A stretch of DNA of 64,000 bases from NCBI GenBank assembly GCA_019057385.1, contig JAHQJS010000006.1:677038-741037 (forward strand), written 5' to 3'. Positions 19,417 to 29,655 of this stretch are shown piece by piece. The stretch's first letter is position 1. Every line of letters starts with the position of its first letter. Position numbers and translations under genes: made by a program. The notes below the pieces were generated by a model that did no database searches, had not been told where the DNA came from, and saw only the letters and a program-made list of their open reading frames with translations. This DNA is from Candidatus Borrarchaeum weybense (GTDB lineage: Archaea > Asgardarchaeota > Sifarchaeia > Borrarchaeales > Borrarchaeaceae).

Positions 19417-21078
19417 TTGATGGAGAACTCTATAACTTCCATTCAGAAAATGTTAACAAAACTTCCAATCAAACTCTCCATTTATGATTTACTAGCACTC
19501 GTCATAACTTTATTTTCATTTGCATTACGCATTTTCTTTTTGCAATTCACTTTCGCTATTAATCCAGACGGTATTTACTATTGCTGGTCTGCACGACATT
19601 TACTAGAAGGAAAGGGTTATACTATCGGTTCTGGAGACATTCCTGCAATAAGAGCACCCATTTATCCCCTTTTTGTAGCCCTCTTTTTTCTAGTTTTTGG
19701 TGTTAATCATATTTCTGCAAAACTTGTGTCGATAGTTTTTGGAAGTCTTTCAGTATTTATTTTGTATGCGCTTGTGAAACTGAATTTTAAGAATGAAAGA
19801 ACCGGGTTATTTTCAGCGTTAATCTTTGCTATAAATCCTTTCTTCATCGCAGGCACAGATTTTTATTTGGGAGGCGTTTACAGAGAGGGTTTTTCTACTT
19901 TTATTTTCCTTCTTGCTATTCTTTTTACAATAAAGGCAAAAAACGAGAGAAAATACACAAATTTTCTTATAATGGGCTTCTTATCCGGAATATTCTATCT
20001 AGTAAGACCTGAAGGACTGTATCTATTAATATTCCAAGTTTTTTATTTTGGTCTTCTGTTTGTAGATCAAAGACAACTTGGTTTGATTAAGAAGATAGGT
20101 ATCACCATTTCTGTGACTATTTTTGTTATTCTACCATGGCTTATTCGTGATTATCTCACCTTTGGTGTTTTTAATCGAGAGAGTTATTATCATGGGGCAT
20201 TTTTCTTCCTTAGGGAATTCGGCACACAGATTCCTACAATGATGCTTAGTCCCCTTGACTATTTATTCTCTTATCATTCATTAACACAGATTGCTATTGG
20301 ATTATTTGTCGGGTTTTATAGGCTCTGGTTACAACTCTCTGCTGGTTTAACACCACTTGGCTTTTTTTTGTTTGCTTTTGGATTTATACTCACGATCAAG
20401 AGGAGATATCTATTTTTTCATCTTCTTTTAATTTTCTATCTGCTTTCTTACAGCTGGCCGTCTTACGTCTGGCCTTCTATCGTACCAAGATATCTTACTG
20501 TGCTCATACCTATTTGTTTGCTCTTTGCAGGACGGGGTCTCTCAGAACTTGAACAACTATTATCAAGAGTATATCAGAAAACTATAGTAGTATTTCAAAT
20601 CAGGCTGACAAGCAAACAATTTCAACAAATTATTATTTTGGGTGTTTTATTGATAATAACAGTCAATTCTCTTTTATTGGCTAAAGATATTATCATTGAT
20701 GAACAGTACAAACCCCAAATTGAAGCCTTTGAAAGAACTGGAGAATGGTTACAACAAAATACAGCATCAAACTCAGTAATCTACACAAATTTCCCTACTT
20801 TGATTGAGCGATATTCAGAACGAACTGCACTTGATCTTAAAAAAACAACTATTCAAGAAATTCTTAAGATGTCAAATGCAAACCCAGTTTATATTGTGGT
20901 TGATTCATCCTGTGTACAGTCTGACGAACTCATCGAAATGTATCTATATGCAACACAGCATTCTGTTGTGTGGTATGATTTGACTATTCCTGAAAATGTA
21001 GACTGCGTATTTACTTTAGGAAGCGGTAGTTGGCATCCCTACGATATTGCGGTCTATAAAAAAGTTACATTTAACTAA
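19417..21078 (+). CDS. GT-C fold membrane glycosyltransferase (ArnT/PMT-like)
   Basis: PDGIYY, RAPIYP, VRPEG, PWLIR, PRYL; multiple TM segments. Confidence 0.8.
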   Translation: MMENSITSIQKMLTKLPIKLSIYDLLALVITLFSFALRIFFLQFTFAINPDGIYYCWSARHLLEGKGYTIGSGDIPAIRAPIYPLFVALFFLVFGVNHISAKLVSIVFGSLSVFILYALVKLNFKNERTGLFSALIFAINPFFIAGTDFYLGGVYREGFSTFIFLLAILFTIKAKNERKYTNFLIMGFLSGIFYLVRPEGLYLLIFQVFYFGLLFVDQRQLGLIKKIGITISVTIFVILPWLIRDYLTFGVFNRESYYHGAFFFLREFGTQIPTMMLSPLDYLFSYHSLTQIAIGLFVGFYRLWLQLSAGLTPLGFFLFAFGFILTIKRRYLFFHLLLIFYLLSYSWPSYVWPSIVPRYLTVLIPICLLFAGRGLSELEQLLSRVYQKTIVVFQIRLTSKQFQQIIILGVLLIITVNSLLLAKDIIIDEQYKPQIEAFERTGEWLQQNTASNSVIYTNFPTLIERYSERTALDLKKTTIQEILKMSNANPVYIVVDSSCVQSDELIEMYLYATQHSVVWYDLTIPENVDCVFTLGSGSWHPYDIAVYKKVTFN

Positions 21079-21079
21079 T

Positions 21080-22090
21080 TCATTTTCTGAGCGAAATCAA
21101 ACCAAGAATAATTCCAATGATTCCTAAAACCAACCAAGCTGGGTAAATAAAGAGTAGACCAAATCCAATGACGATATTTTCCTGTATAGTGACTGCTGCA
21201 ATGCTCTGGATGAAATTGAATGTCCAATGGAAGAAGAGACTTCCTTTTATTCCAAATTTTAAATAACTAAATGCGAGAAACAATCCGCCTATAGTCGCTA
21301 TAGGTAAAAATCCGATATCCCACATTCCTATAACGTGGAGAATGCCGAAATAAGCAGCAGAAGCTATTACTAAGAAATATTCAAAACGATAAAATCCGTA
21401 ATATCTACCTGATCGTTCTCTCGCATGAGTGGGGTTAATTAAGGCTGCTAGAAATATCTTTAGATAAGAATCTGGAACACTATGTTTCCTGATGAAATAG
21501 CAGTAACCTATTCCTAACCAGGGGCCTATCAAGATCAGTCTAAACCAGAACTCTTCAATTACTGCAGCTAAAACCCCCTCAATGATAAAGACTAAATTAA
21601 TCGTTGTTGGTCCGCCTAAAGGAATTCCCCAAATCGTTACAATAAGTACTGCAACATAGATAAGAATATAGTTTACGCTGAGAAATAAGATCAGTGCAAG
21701 TAAACCGTTTTCTTCGAAAGGCTCTAAAGTTGTCTGTGTTATTAGCGCTTTTAACTTAGACAGGAAATTAACAGTTGGTCTGAAGAAGAGAAGAACAAAA
21801 GAGATCACGTAAATAATACAACATAAGATAAAAAGAATGCCAATTGAAATTTGACCAGCTTGAAACAGCCAGCCGATATCAAATACCAAGAAGCCGACGT
21901 AATAGAAGATGTAAAACAAGAAACCAGTGGGAACGACATTTACAATTGTTTGACCTTCTGACGTAAAGAATAGAAGCCCAAAACTATAAACAAAACCCAA
22001 TATAATTACTAAGAAAACAAAAAAGATAAGACTGCTGATGATAAACCATGAAAACTTTCTTAGTATTCCGGGCACTGTTTTCTCGTCCAT
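21080..22090 (-). CDS. CPBP (Rce1/Abi) intramembrane metalloprotease
   Basis: EEFWFR, FGILH, FHWTFN motifs; hydrophobic. Confidence 0.8.
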   Translation of the reverse strand: MDEKTVPGILRKFSWFIISSLIFFVFLVIILGFVYSFGLLFFTSEGQTIVNVVPTGFLFYIFYYVGFLVFDIGWLFQAGQISIGILFILCCIIYVISFVLLFFRPTVNFLSKLKALITQTTLEPFEENGLLALILFLSVNYILIYVAVLIVTIWGIPLGGPTTINLVFIIEGVLAAVIEEFWFRLILIGPWLGIGYCYFIRKHSVPDSYLKIFLAALINPTHARERSGRYYGFYRFEYFLVIASAAYFGILHVIGMWDIGFLPIATIGGLFLAFSYLKFGIKGSLFFHWTFNFIQSIAAVTIQENIVIGFGLLFIYPAWLVLGIIGIILGLISLRK

Positions 22091-22154
22091 TAGCGTTATT
22101 GCACAAAAAGACGGTACTTTACTTCACAGAAGTTGTTATATAATATATATATGT

Positions 22155-22880
22155 TTATTGTGACACTAGTGTTTCTACTTCTTCTTCCTCTTCTTCCTCA
22201 ATATCTCCGTCGTCTCCGTCTTCGTCTTCGTCCTCGCTGAACGACCAGGTCTCTAGATTAATTGACAATTCTATATCTTGCGACCGTGGACACTGAATAC
22301 GAATTGTAACGTGATTTCTGTCCTTTTCGGTTACTTCTGGATGTAAACAATCTTCTTCTAATTTTTCGCAAAGAAATCTGATAAAACTCTCTGTAATCAA
22401 GTTTAGTGCGCCTTCAAGTAAATTTTGCCCTATTTCGCCAACATAATATCGTATACGGCGCCCTTCTCTCATTACATCAATAAGTCCGGCCTTCCTTAAT
22501 TTTGAAGCGTGCCAGCGAACTGTATCGTGATGGATACCAAGACTTTCAGCAATCTCTAGTTGATGGCAACCTTCGTTGTTTGTAATATATTCAAAAATGT
22601 TTCTTGCCGTTCCACTTTTCAAGGCAACATAGGCAGTTTCAGCTTGTGCACTTCTTAGGACTTTAGGATAATAAATACGTTTTCCTCCAAACTTCATAGT
22701 CTGGATTAAACCAGCCCTCCCCAACATCTTCAAGTGCCACGAAAGTGTCCCATGGGGCGCAGATAATTCGCTAGCTAACTCAAAAAAATATGCTCCAGGG
22801 GATTCGCAAATTAGCTTATAAATGTTCCTTCTTAACGGATGCATAAGGAGACTCATTCGTTTTTCTTTAGCTGGGGACAC
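22155..22880 (-). CDS. Double winged-helix (ArsR-like) transcription regulator with acidic tail
   Basis: HPLRRNIY..PG..EL..WHL..L..AGLI repeated twice; D/E-rich C-terminus. Confidence 0.8.
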   Translation of the reverse strand: MSPAKEKRMSLLMHPLRRNIYKLICESPGAYFFELASELSAPHGTLSWHLKMLGRAGLIQTMKFGGKRIYYPKVLRSAQAETAYVALKSGTARNIFEYITNNEGCHQLEIAESLGIHHDTVRWHASKLRKAGLIDVMREGRRIRYYVGEIGQNLLEGALNLITESFIRFLCEKLEEDCLHPEVTEKDRNHVTIRIQCPRSQDIELSINLETWSFSEDEDEDGDDGDIEEEEEEEVETLVSQ

Positions 22881-22904
22881 GTCTTTCCCTCTATGAGACT
22901 CCTC

Positions 22905-23324
22905 TCACCCCGCTTTTAACTCAACAATGTTGACGTTGTTGACGCCTTCTAGCTGGCTGATATCCGTCTGTAATTGCCCCATATCAACGGTAATCTCTGC
23001 CTTGTCGATATACCCCTCATACACACATTTATCTCTCGTAAAACACAAGCCTGTTGAATAAAGTGTCTTTATTTTGTTCCTTGCAAACACAGATCCCATG
23101 TCCTTCAAGAAATCAGGGGTAAGTTCGCCAATTTCTATGGCTATCTTCACAACTTCATTGCCTGTTGTTGGAATAATTCGAATAATGCGGGTTGAGGGAG
23201 CCAAAATCATTACGGCTGACTTCGAATCGCGAGTTTGAAGCGCCTCTAGGAACAATTTGGGAATTTCAATCGGTTGATCAGGCTCTAAGGTTACCATTTT
23301 CGCTATGGTGACTTCTTCGCTCAT
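22905..23324 (-). CDS. Hypothetical protein, possible AbrB-like plus ACT-like domains
   Basis: IEIPK N-terminal motif; C-terminal beta-alpha-beta pattern ending ISQLEGVNNVNIVEL; GAGG upstream. Confidence 0.55.
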   Translation of the reverse strand: MSEEVTIAKMVTLEPDQPIEIPKLFLEALQTRDSKSAVMILAPSTRIIRIIPTTGNEVVKIAIEIGELTPDFLKDMGSVFARNKIKTLYSTGLCFTRDKCVYEGYIDKAEITVDMGQLQTDISQLEGVNNVNIVELKAG

Positions 23325-23701
23325 CTTACGACCTCATTACGATTTATAATCTATAGATTAACTCCATGATTGATTCGGTTCATTAATATGAAAATGATAT
23401 TTCTCATATATAAACTCTCTTATTAGAGTTTTTTGATAGGTTATCAACTTCCTTTTAAATGATGTTAAATATAAGGAGTTTTTGTTATTTTTTAGCGAGA
23501 AATCTTCTTATTTGCCTTATATTTTGTTCTGCTAAATCCTTAAGGATTAAATAAACTGGATTTTTTCAAAAAACTCTTCTTTCAAGATATTTACAATTCT
23601 TTTTGAAGTTATGGTGAGCAGTAGTTGAATATGATGAATAACTATTAAATACGATGATTGAGTTGATAGCACAACGATATTCAAGGCGGTCTGAGGGGTA
23701 A

Positions 23702-23995
23702 ATGAATATAATAAAACAACGAGAAATTCTTTATTTCACGTCTCCTCATTGTTTATTTTGTCATGTTGTAGAACGCCTTCTTAAAGAGATAGTAGATGAA
23801 ACAAAATTGGAGTTAGAGATCCGCGAAATAGATGTAACAAAAGAACCCGATCTTGCTGAAGAACATCATATACTTGCATGCCCAACACTCATATTTCCTG
23901 GAATTACGAGAGTTGTGGGTAATGTCGAAAAAGAGGAACTATTTTCGGTTATTTTTCAGTTTTACACAACTTTTAATGACTCTGAATTTGGCTAA
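23702..23995 (+). CDS. Thioredoxin-fold protein
   Basis: FTSPHCLFC; IDV..EPDLAEEHHILACPTL. Confidence 0.85.
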   Translation: MNIIKQREILYFTSPHCLFCHVVERLLKEIVDETKLELEIREIDVTKEPDLAEEHHILACPTLIFPGITRVVGNVEKEELFSVIFQFYTTFNDSEFG

Positions 23996-24311
23996 TTTCA
24001 TTTTATCTAGTAAAAATCGACTAAAATATCATTTAAATCATAGTTATTCAGATATTTGACTAAGATTTATAACTATGAATGTTAAGATGTGGATTCCGTT
24101 ATAGAGAGCAACGAAAAACTTATTATATAAATGCTAGTTATTTTTTATCATCTGAGAACAAACCTTATTATCATATAAGTAGTTCGCAACAGTTATGCCA
24201 CATTTCTTTAATGAAATGGGGAGTCTTCTTGCACAAGAATTATAAACGTAACTAATTTTAGTGTATTCACAATCATCTAACGATTAAAACCGTTGGTACT
24301 CACTAATACTT

Positions 24312-25043
24312 ATGGCAAGAAAAATCTTTTTTGGCTCTAGGAGGAACAGTCGATTGAGTTTATTTGAGTCCAGACTTTCAAAACAGCAAGACGAACTAAT
24401 AAGAACCTTAACCAAGACAGGAAGAGTTAAGTTTCCAGGTAAGAGAATTTTTCAAGAATTTGCTGAATATGGTATCTCTAAAAGTAAGATCAGACGTACA
24501 ATCCAAGAGGGACAGATTTATCCAGTGAATTACGAACTATCTTACCCAACTGGCGTTAGAAAACGTAGGGGTTATATAGCTGAACGTGAATTTGGCGAAG
24601 ATTCAACACTATTAGTTAATTTTAAACTGCTTCCAAGTGGCGTTGTTGTGATTTTTAGCGCAGAATGGAAAGGGATGGTTGAAGAGATTCCAGAAGACGA
24701 GATGGTTGAAGCAGAGTTAGATTTAATGGAACCTTCAGATGAGTTAGATTTAGAAGCAGAATTAGATATGATTGGTGTAAAAGAAAAACCAAAGAAGAAA
24801 CCTAAAGAAGTACCAGCAAAAACAGAGTTAGACTTAACGGAAGAAGAATTAGAATTTGACCTCGAACTAGAACTTACTGACCTTCCAGGTGTTGGTCAAA
24901 AAACGGCGGATAAATTGAGTGAGGTTGGTTGTACATCTATAGAAGATTTAGTTAATGCAAACCTGGAGGAACTTTCACAGGAAACTGGCATCTCAGTTTC
25001 AAAATTGAAGAAGTATGTCGAAGAGGCCAAAAAGATTATGTAG
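24312..25043 (+). CDS. Hypothetical protein with acidic linker and C-terminal helix-hairpin-helix domain
   Basis: LTDLPGVGQKTADKLSEVG..IEDL..LEELSQETGIS. Confidence 0.75.
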   Translation: MARKIFFGSRRNSRLSLFESRLSKQQDELIRTLTKTGRVKFPGKRIFQEFAEYGISKSKIRRTIQEGQIYPVNYELSYPTGVRKRRGYIAEREFGEDSTLLVNFKLLPSGVVVIFSAEWKGMVEEIPEDEMVEAELDLMEPSDELDLEAELDMIGVKEKPKKKPKEVPAKTELDLTEEELEFDLELELTDLPGVGQKTADKLSEVGCTSIEDLVNANLEELSQETGISVSKLKKYVEEAKKIM

Positions 25044-25045
25044 GT

Positions 25046-25978
25046 CTAGCTTTTAGGTTTCCCTGAATTCTTTTTCTCATTGATTTTTTTTGTAGAATCT
25101 AATGATTGATCAATTAAGAACGAATCAAGCTTTGTTTTCTGTAGTCCATATTCGATTTTAATTCCTTCTTTCATTTTAAATCGCTCAGAGTATTTTTTCG
25201 GAACACAACACCTCGCTAATCTTTTGTTTCTTCTGGCAGGGATATATTGAACATCATAAAATGCTTCGAAAATCTTCTCAAAATCTTCATTTGAATCCTT
25301 GTGTGCGATAGAATATGTTGGATTCTCTTTAGTTCCTTCACTGATTTTTGTTTGCAAAATTGCCATTTCTTCACCTTTAACAAAAGAGACTTTACCCTTG
25401 TTTCCTTTGTATGCAAATGGTTTCAGTTTACTTGGAGAAAAAAGCACCACAGTCTTTTCAGGGTAACGTTTACTCCAAAATCGAACGACTAAATCTTCTA
25501 CATTATGCTCAAATTTCGCCTTTGATACCAAAAATTCTCCTATTGTATCCAACCTTAGAAATCCGCACGCTTTGTGATATTCACAAGCCACTTGACGAGA
25601 GCGTTTGTACATTTCTCTACTTTCTGCTGTTACTTGACTTAAAATAATGCCTGCCCCTTCAATTAAACATTGTCTAATTACTTTAAGAATTAAAGCAAAT
25701 TTACTCAGTTCATTCTTTTTATAACGCAAATTCCAATCTATGAGTTTCTTAATCTCGCGTAACTCATAATTGCTTAAACGAAAGCATCCTTTCCTCTTTT
25801 CATAAATCTTTAAAATTTCCTCATTAAGAATGATGTGGCTTTCTTTATCAATCAAATATGGATTAAAATGGTCTTTATGAATCGCTTTTGCTCCAATTGA
25901 CTCACAAACTAGGGCTGTCGAAAGGAGAGATTCAAAAGTGGAGTCGAAAACTACTATAACGCCCTTATCTTTACACAT
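25046..25978 (-). CDS. DUF4130 (TIGR03915-like) putative DNA metabolism protein
   Basis: RQVACEYHKACGFLRL, EHNV, FEAFYDVQYIPARRN..VPKKY; coupled to radical SAM gene. Confidence 0.8.
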   Translation of the reverse strand: MCKDKGVIVVFDSTFESLLSTALVCESIGAKAIHKDHFNPYLIDKESHIILNEEILKIYEKRKGCFRLSNYELREIKKLIDWNLRYKKNELSKFALILKVIRQCLIEGAGIILSQVTAESREMYKRSRQVACEYHKACGFLRLDTIGEFLVSKAKFEHNVEDLVVRFWSKRYPEKTVVLFSPSKLKPFAYKGNKGKVSFVKGEEMAILQTKISEGTKENPTYSIAHKDSNEDFEKIFEAFYDVQYIPARRNKRLARCCVPKKYSERFKMKEGIKIEYGLQKTKLDSFLIDQSLDSTKKINEKKNSGKPKS

Positions 25979-27140
25979 AATTATCAATCCTTGTCTGCTT
26001 TTGTCCATTGATTTCCAAGAAAGGTGTCGCCCGTTTTATGACAACTCCAATTCTTGCCAGTTCTTTCAATTTCTTGAAACGATAACCCGCTTTTTTTGCC
26101 TTTATAATCCTCCTAGCTGACGTCGGTCCAATACCTGGTACCTTAAGTAATTCCTTTAGGGTAATGTCTTCATTATTCACGTCGATAGGATAGCGATCCA
26201 AGTTTTGAAATGCATAGCAGAGTTTCACGTCCTTTGACAAATTGAACATGTTGTTTTCATTTAACACGTTTTTTAGATCTCTGAAGTGAAAATCGTAATG
26301 TCGATAGAGAAAGTCAGCTTGATATAATCGTACTTCCCTAATTAGAGGTGTCTTTGGATTTTTCTCTAGAGGAGTTTGACCAATAGGGTCAAAAGCGCTA
26401 AAATAAGCCCTTTTCAGATCCATTTGACAATAAAGTTTTTCCATTCTTTCTAATATCTCTAAATCGCTTTCACCTGCTGCACCTACGACAAATTGAGTTG
26501 TTTGACCTGCTGGAACATACTTATCTTCTCTCTCAGCCAAAGTTTTAATCCACTTCATTCGCTTTAAGATGTCAGTCATCATTCTCTTTGTGGATGAAAG
26601 TTCAGAAAGTCTTGATTGGCTTGGAGCCTCAATATTCATTGAAAGTCTGTCTGTAATTGCTGAAGTGCGTTTAATTTGATCATAATTCGCTCCGGGAATA
26701 AGTTTCAAATGTATATAGCCATTGAAATAATGTTTTGTTCTTAACAACTCGACAACTTCAAGAGTCTTTTCCATAGCTATTTCCGGATCTCTAGGCATTC
26801 CTGAGCTTAAGAATAATCCTTCAACATAATTTCGTTCGTATAGTCCGAGAAAAACTCTCACTAGTTCTTTAGGTTCAAACGAAGCCTTTAAGCATTCTCT
26901 TCCAACTCTATTGATACAATAAGCGCAGTCATTTGAGCATTGATTTGTTAAGAGTACTCTAAAGAGGGAGACACACCTACCGTCTGGGGTAAAGCTATGG
27001 CAAACACCACTTGCCACAGGATTTCCCATTCCAGCTTTATTGAATTTTGAATATGAATTTGCTCTGTTTGAGGCTGTTGAAGCACACAGGTCATACTTTG
27101 CCGCCGCTCCCAATATTTTAAGTTTTTCAAGAAATCCCAT
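25971..27140 (-). CDS. Putative DNA modification/repair radical SAM protein (TIGR03916-like)
   Basis: KLKILGAAAKYDLCAS, GVCHSFTPDGRCVSL, CSNDCAYC, PAGQTTQ, RLYQADFL, HhH VPGIG. Confidence 0.92.
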   Translation of the reverse strand: MGFLEKLKILGAAAKYDLCASTASNRANSYSKFNKAGMGNPVASGVCHSFTPDGRCVSLFRVLLTNQCSNDCAYCINRVGRECLKASFEPKELVRVFLGLYERNYVEGLFLSSGMPRDPEIAMEKTLEVVELLRTKHYFNGYIHLKLIPGANYDQIKRTSAITDRLSMNIEAPSQSRLSELSSTKRMMTDILKRMKWIKTLAEREDKYVPAGQTTQFVVGAAGESDLEILERMEKLYCQMDLKRAYFSAFDPIGQTPLEKNPKTPLIREVRLYQADFLYRHYDFHFRDLKNVLNENNMFNLSKDVKLCYAFQNLDRYPIDVNNEDITLKELLKVPGIGPTSARRIIKAKKAGYRFKKLKELARIGVVIKRATPFLEINGQKQTRIDNYV

Positions 27141-27324
27141 TTCCCCTATCTCACCGCAACCAGTTTAAAAGAAAATTTGACTAATTTAAAGACTGATAGT
27201 GACGTTAAATAGTTAGAGAGGGTTCTGGAAAAGTGATCAAAGTAATCTTGGACCACCTTGTTTTGGTACTTTTTACTTTTGTGACTTTCAAAAATCTATA
27301 TTAGACCAAAGATAACTCCTAACT

Positions 27325-28203
27325 ATGGAAAATCAAAAACGGGCCTATATATATGCGCTCACAGCAGTATTATTTTGGTCTACAGTAGCATCTGCTTTTA
27401 AAATCACGTTAAGATATTTAGACTTATTTCAACTACTATTTTATTCTTCAATAATCTCTATTGCAGTCTTTTTTGTGGTTTTGTTAATCCAGAAAAAGTT
27501 ATTTTTATTGAAAACGTATTCAAAGACTGATTATTTACACTCTGCATTTCTTGGATTTTTAAATCCCTTCCTTTACTATGTAGTCCTGTTAAAAGCGTAC
27601 TCAATGCTGCCTGCTCAAGAAGCCCAAGCGTTGAACTATACATGGGGAATAGCGATTGCTTTATTATCTATTCCTTTACTTAAGCAGAGAATAAAATCTA
27701 CTAGTATTCTTGCACTCATTGTTAGTTTCATCGGAGTAGTCGTAATTGGCACAAGAGGCGATTTAACGTCATTAAAGTTTTCAGATCCTCTTGCTGTGTC
27801 TTTAGCTGTTGGTTCTTCAGGAATCTGGGCATTGTTTTGGATTTACAATACAAAAGATGAAAGAGATGAAGTAACAAAATTATTCCTTAACTTCACTTTT
27901 GGTTTTCTTTTTATTCTAATTACAACTCTTATCTTTTCAACAGTGATAGTTTCTCCAATCGGACTTTTTGGAGCAACTTACGTAGGTATCTTCGAAATGG
28001 GGATTACTTTTGTAATCTGGCTTAAGGCTTTGAAATTTTCAGAAACAACTGCACGTGTAAGCAATCTGATTTACTTATCTCCTTTTCTTTCACTTGTTTT
28101 CATCTATTTGCTTGTGGGTGAGCAAATACTGATTTCAACTGTGATTGGGCTTGTGCTTATCGTAATTGGGATATTTGTGCAACAGTATAGCAGTTTAGAG
28201 TAG
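27325..28203 (+). CDS. DMT/EamA family transporter
   Basis: About 10 TM segments, duplicated EamA pattern (NYTW, YLSP). Confidence 0.88.
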   Translation: MENQKRAYIYALTAVLFWSTVASAFKITLRYLDLFQLLFYSSIISIAVFFVVLLIQKKLFLLKTYSKTDYLHSAFLGFLNPFLYYVVLLKAYSMLPAQEAQALNYTWGIAIALLSIPLLKQRIKSTSILALIVSFIGVVVIGTRGDLTSLKFSDPLAVSLAVGSSGIWALFWIYNTKDERDEVTKLFLNFTFGFLFILITTLIFSTVIVSPIGLFGATYVGIFEMGITFVIWLKALKFSETTARVSNLIYLSPFLSLVFIYLLVGEQILISTVIGLVLIVIGIFVQQYSSLE

Positions 28204-28237
28204 GCTATATATTATAGTAAGTACAAATAGGTAAAAG

Positions 28238-29002
28238 GTGAGTTTAATGCTGAAAGTTGACCTTTCTGAAAAAGTCGCCATAGTTACAGGCGCTGGTCAG
28301 GGAATTGGTCGGGCTATAGCCTTATCCTTAGCTAGAGATGGAGCGAGATTAGTTATTAACGATATTGTAGAAGAAAATGCAAAAGACGTTGTTAAAGAGA
28401 TTGAATCCAAAGGTGGAGACGCAATTGCGATTCTCGCTGATGTTTCTAACAAGAACGCCGTAGAGCAAATGATAAGGCTTACATTAGAAAAATATGGGAA
28501 AATCGATATTCTTGTAAACAATGCAGGCATCTCTGGTCCTATGGTGCCAGTTCAAGATTTAAGCGAAGAAGATTGGGACAAAGTCATAAATGTTGATCTG
28601 AAAGGAACATTCCTCTGTTCTCAGGCAGTAATCCCTCATATGATAGAGAAAGAATATGGGAAGATTATTAACATATCCAGCATTGCTGGTAAAGAAGGTA
28701 ATGATCATATGACCGCTTATTGCGCTGCTAAATCGGGAATTATTGGCTTTACAAAAGCGTTAGCAGAAGAGGTTGTCAAGAAAGGAATAAATGTCAATTG
28801 TATTTGTCCTGCCCTAATTGGAACCGAACTGACTTTAGGTTTAGGAGAAGATCAAATTAAATTCTTAACAGAAAAAATCCCAGCAGGTAGACTTGGAAAA
28901 CCTGAGGAAGTTGCCGATCTGGTCAAATTCTTAGTTTCAGATGCAGCTAGTTTCATTACACGTCAAGCTTATAGTATCTCTGGCGGGCGATCAAAATACT
29001 GA
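28238..29002 (+). CDS. Short-chain dehydrogenase/reductase (FabG-like)
   Basis: TGAGQGIG, NNAG, YCAAK. Confidence 0.93.
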   Translation: MSLMLKVDLSEKVAIVTGAGQGIGRAIALSLARDGARLVINDIVEENAKDVVKEIESKGGDAIAILADVSNKNAVEQMIRLTLEKYGKIDILVNNAGISGPMVPVQDLSEEDWDKVINVDLKGTFLCSQAVIPHMIEKEYGKIINISSIAGKEGNDHMTAYCAAKSGIIGFTKALAEEVVKKGINVNCICPALIGTELTLGLGEDQIKFLTEKIPAGRLGKPEEVADLVKFLVSDAASFITRQAYSISGGRSKY

Positions 29003-29092
29003 AATCACTTGGATCACTTCTTGACCTCCCTCTCATTGTTTTAATGTAATAATTCCAATAATGAACTAACAAACATAAAAGATGGATTAAGA

Positions 29093-29596
29093 ATGGAGAT
29101 CAAAGTAGTTGAACTTAATCCAATGAAAGTAGCCTCATTCCATTCGCCTCTTGGTGAAAATCCAGAATTAAATGCTATCAAATCATTACTTAGATGGGCA
29201 CAGGGAAAGGAATTTTTCAGTAAAGATGTGAAGTTTCATTTCTTTGGATTTAACAACCCAATTCCTACTGAAGATAACCCTGTATATAGTTACGAAGTGT
29301 GGTTGCCTTTAGATGATGATTTTAAAGGTGATGATGAAATTAAAATAAAAGAGTTCAAAGGTGGTTTATTTGCTACCACAGAAATGTCATTTATTGATTT
29401 CCTTTCTAAAGGTTGGAATGTATTTCACTCAGCGGCGAAACTGTGGATGAAAGAAAACATGTACGAACGTGACATTACAGTTCAATGGCTTGAAGAACAT
29501 ATAGCAGATAAAAAAGAAATAGATGACTTCATCCAAAAAAACGATCTACCTAAATGGAATATAGGCTTATATTTGCCTATAAAAAAAATTGGATGA
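29093..29596 (+). CDS. GyrI-like effector-binding domain protein
   Basis: IKVVELNPMKVAS, FFGFNNP, YEVW, GGLFA, LYLPI. Confidence 0.8.
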   Translation: MEIKVVELNPMKVASFHSPLGENPELNAIKSLLRWAQGKEFFSKDVKFHFFGFNNPIPTEDNPVYSYEVWLPLDDDFKGDDEIKIKEFKGGLFATTEMSFIDFLSKGWNVFHSAAKLWMKENMYERDITVQWLEEHIADKKEIDDFIQKNDLPKWNIGLYLPIKKIG

Positions 29597-29655
29597 CTAC
29601 CAGCTCTCAATATAAGTAAGGCAAATTCTGAAAGTTCTAATTTGTGATTTTGTTT

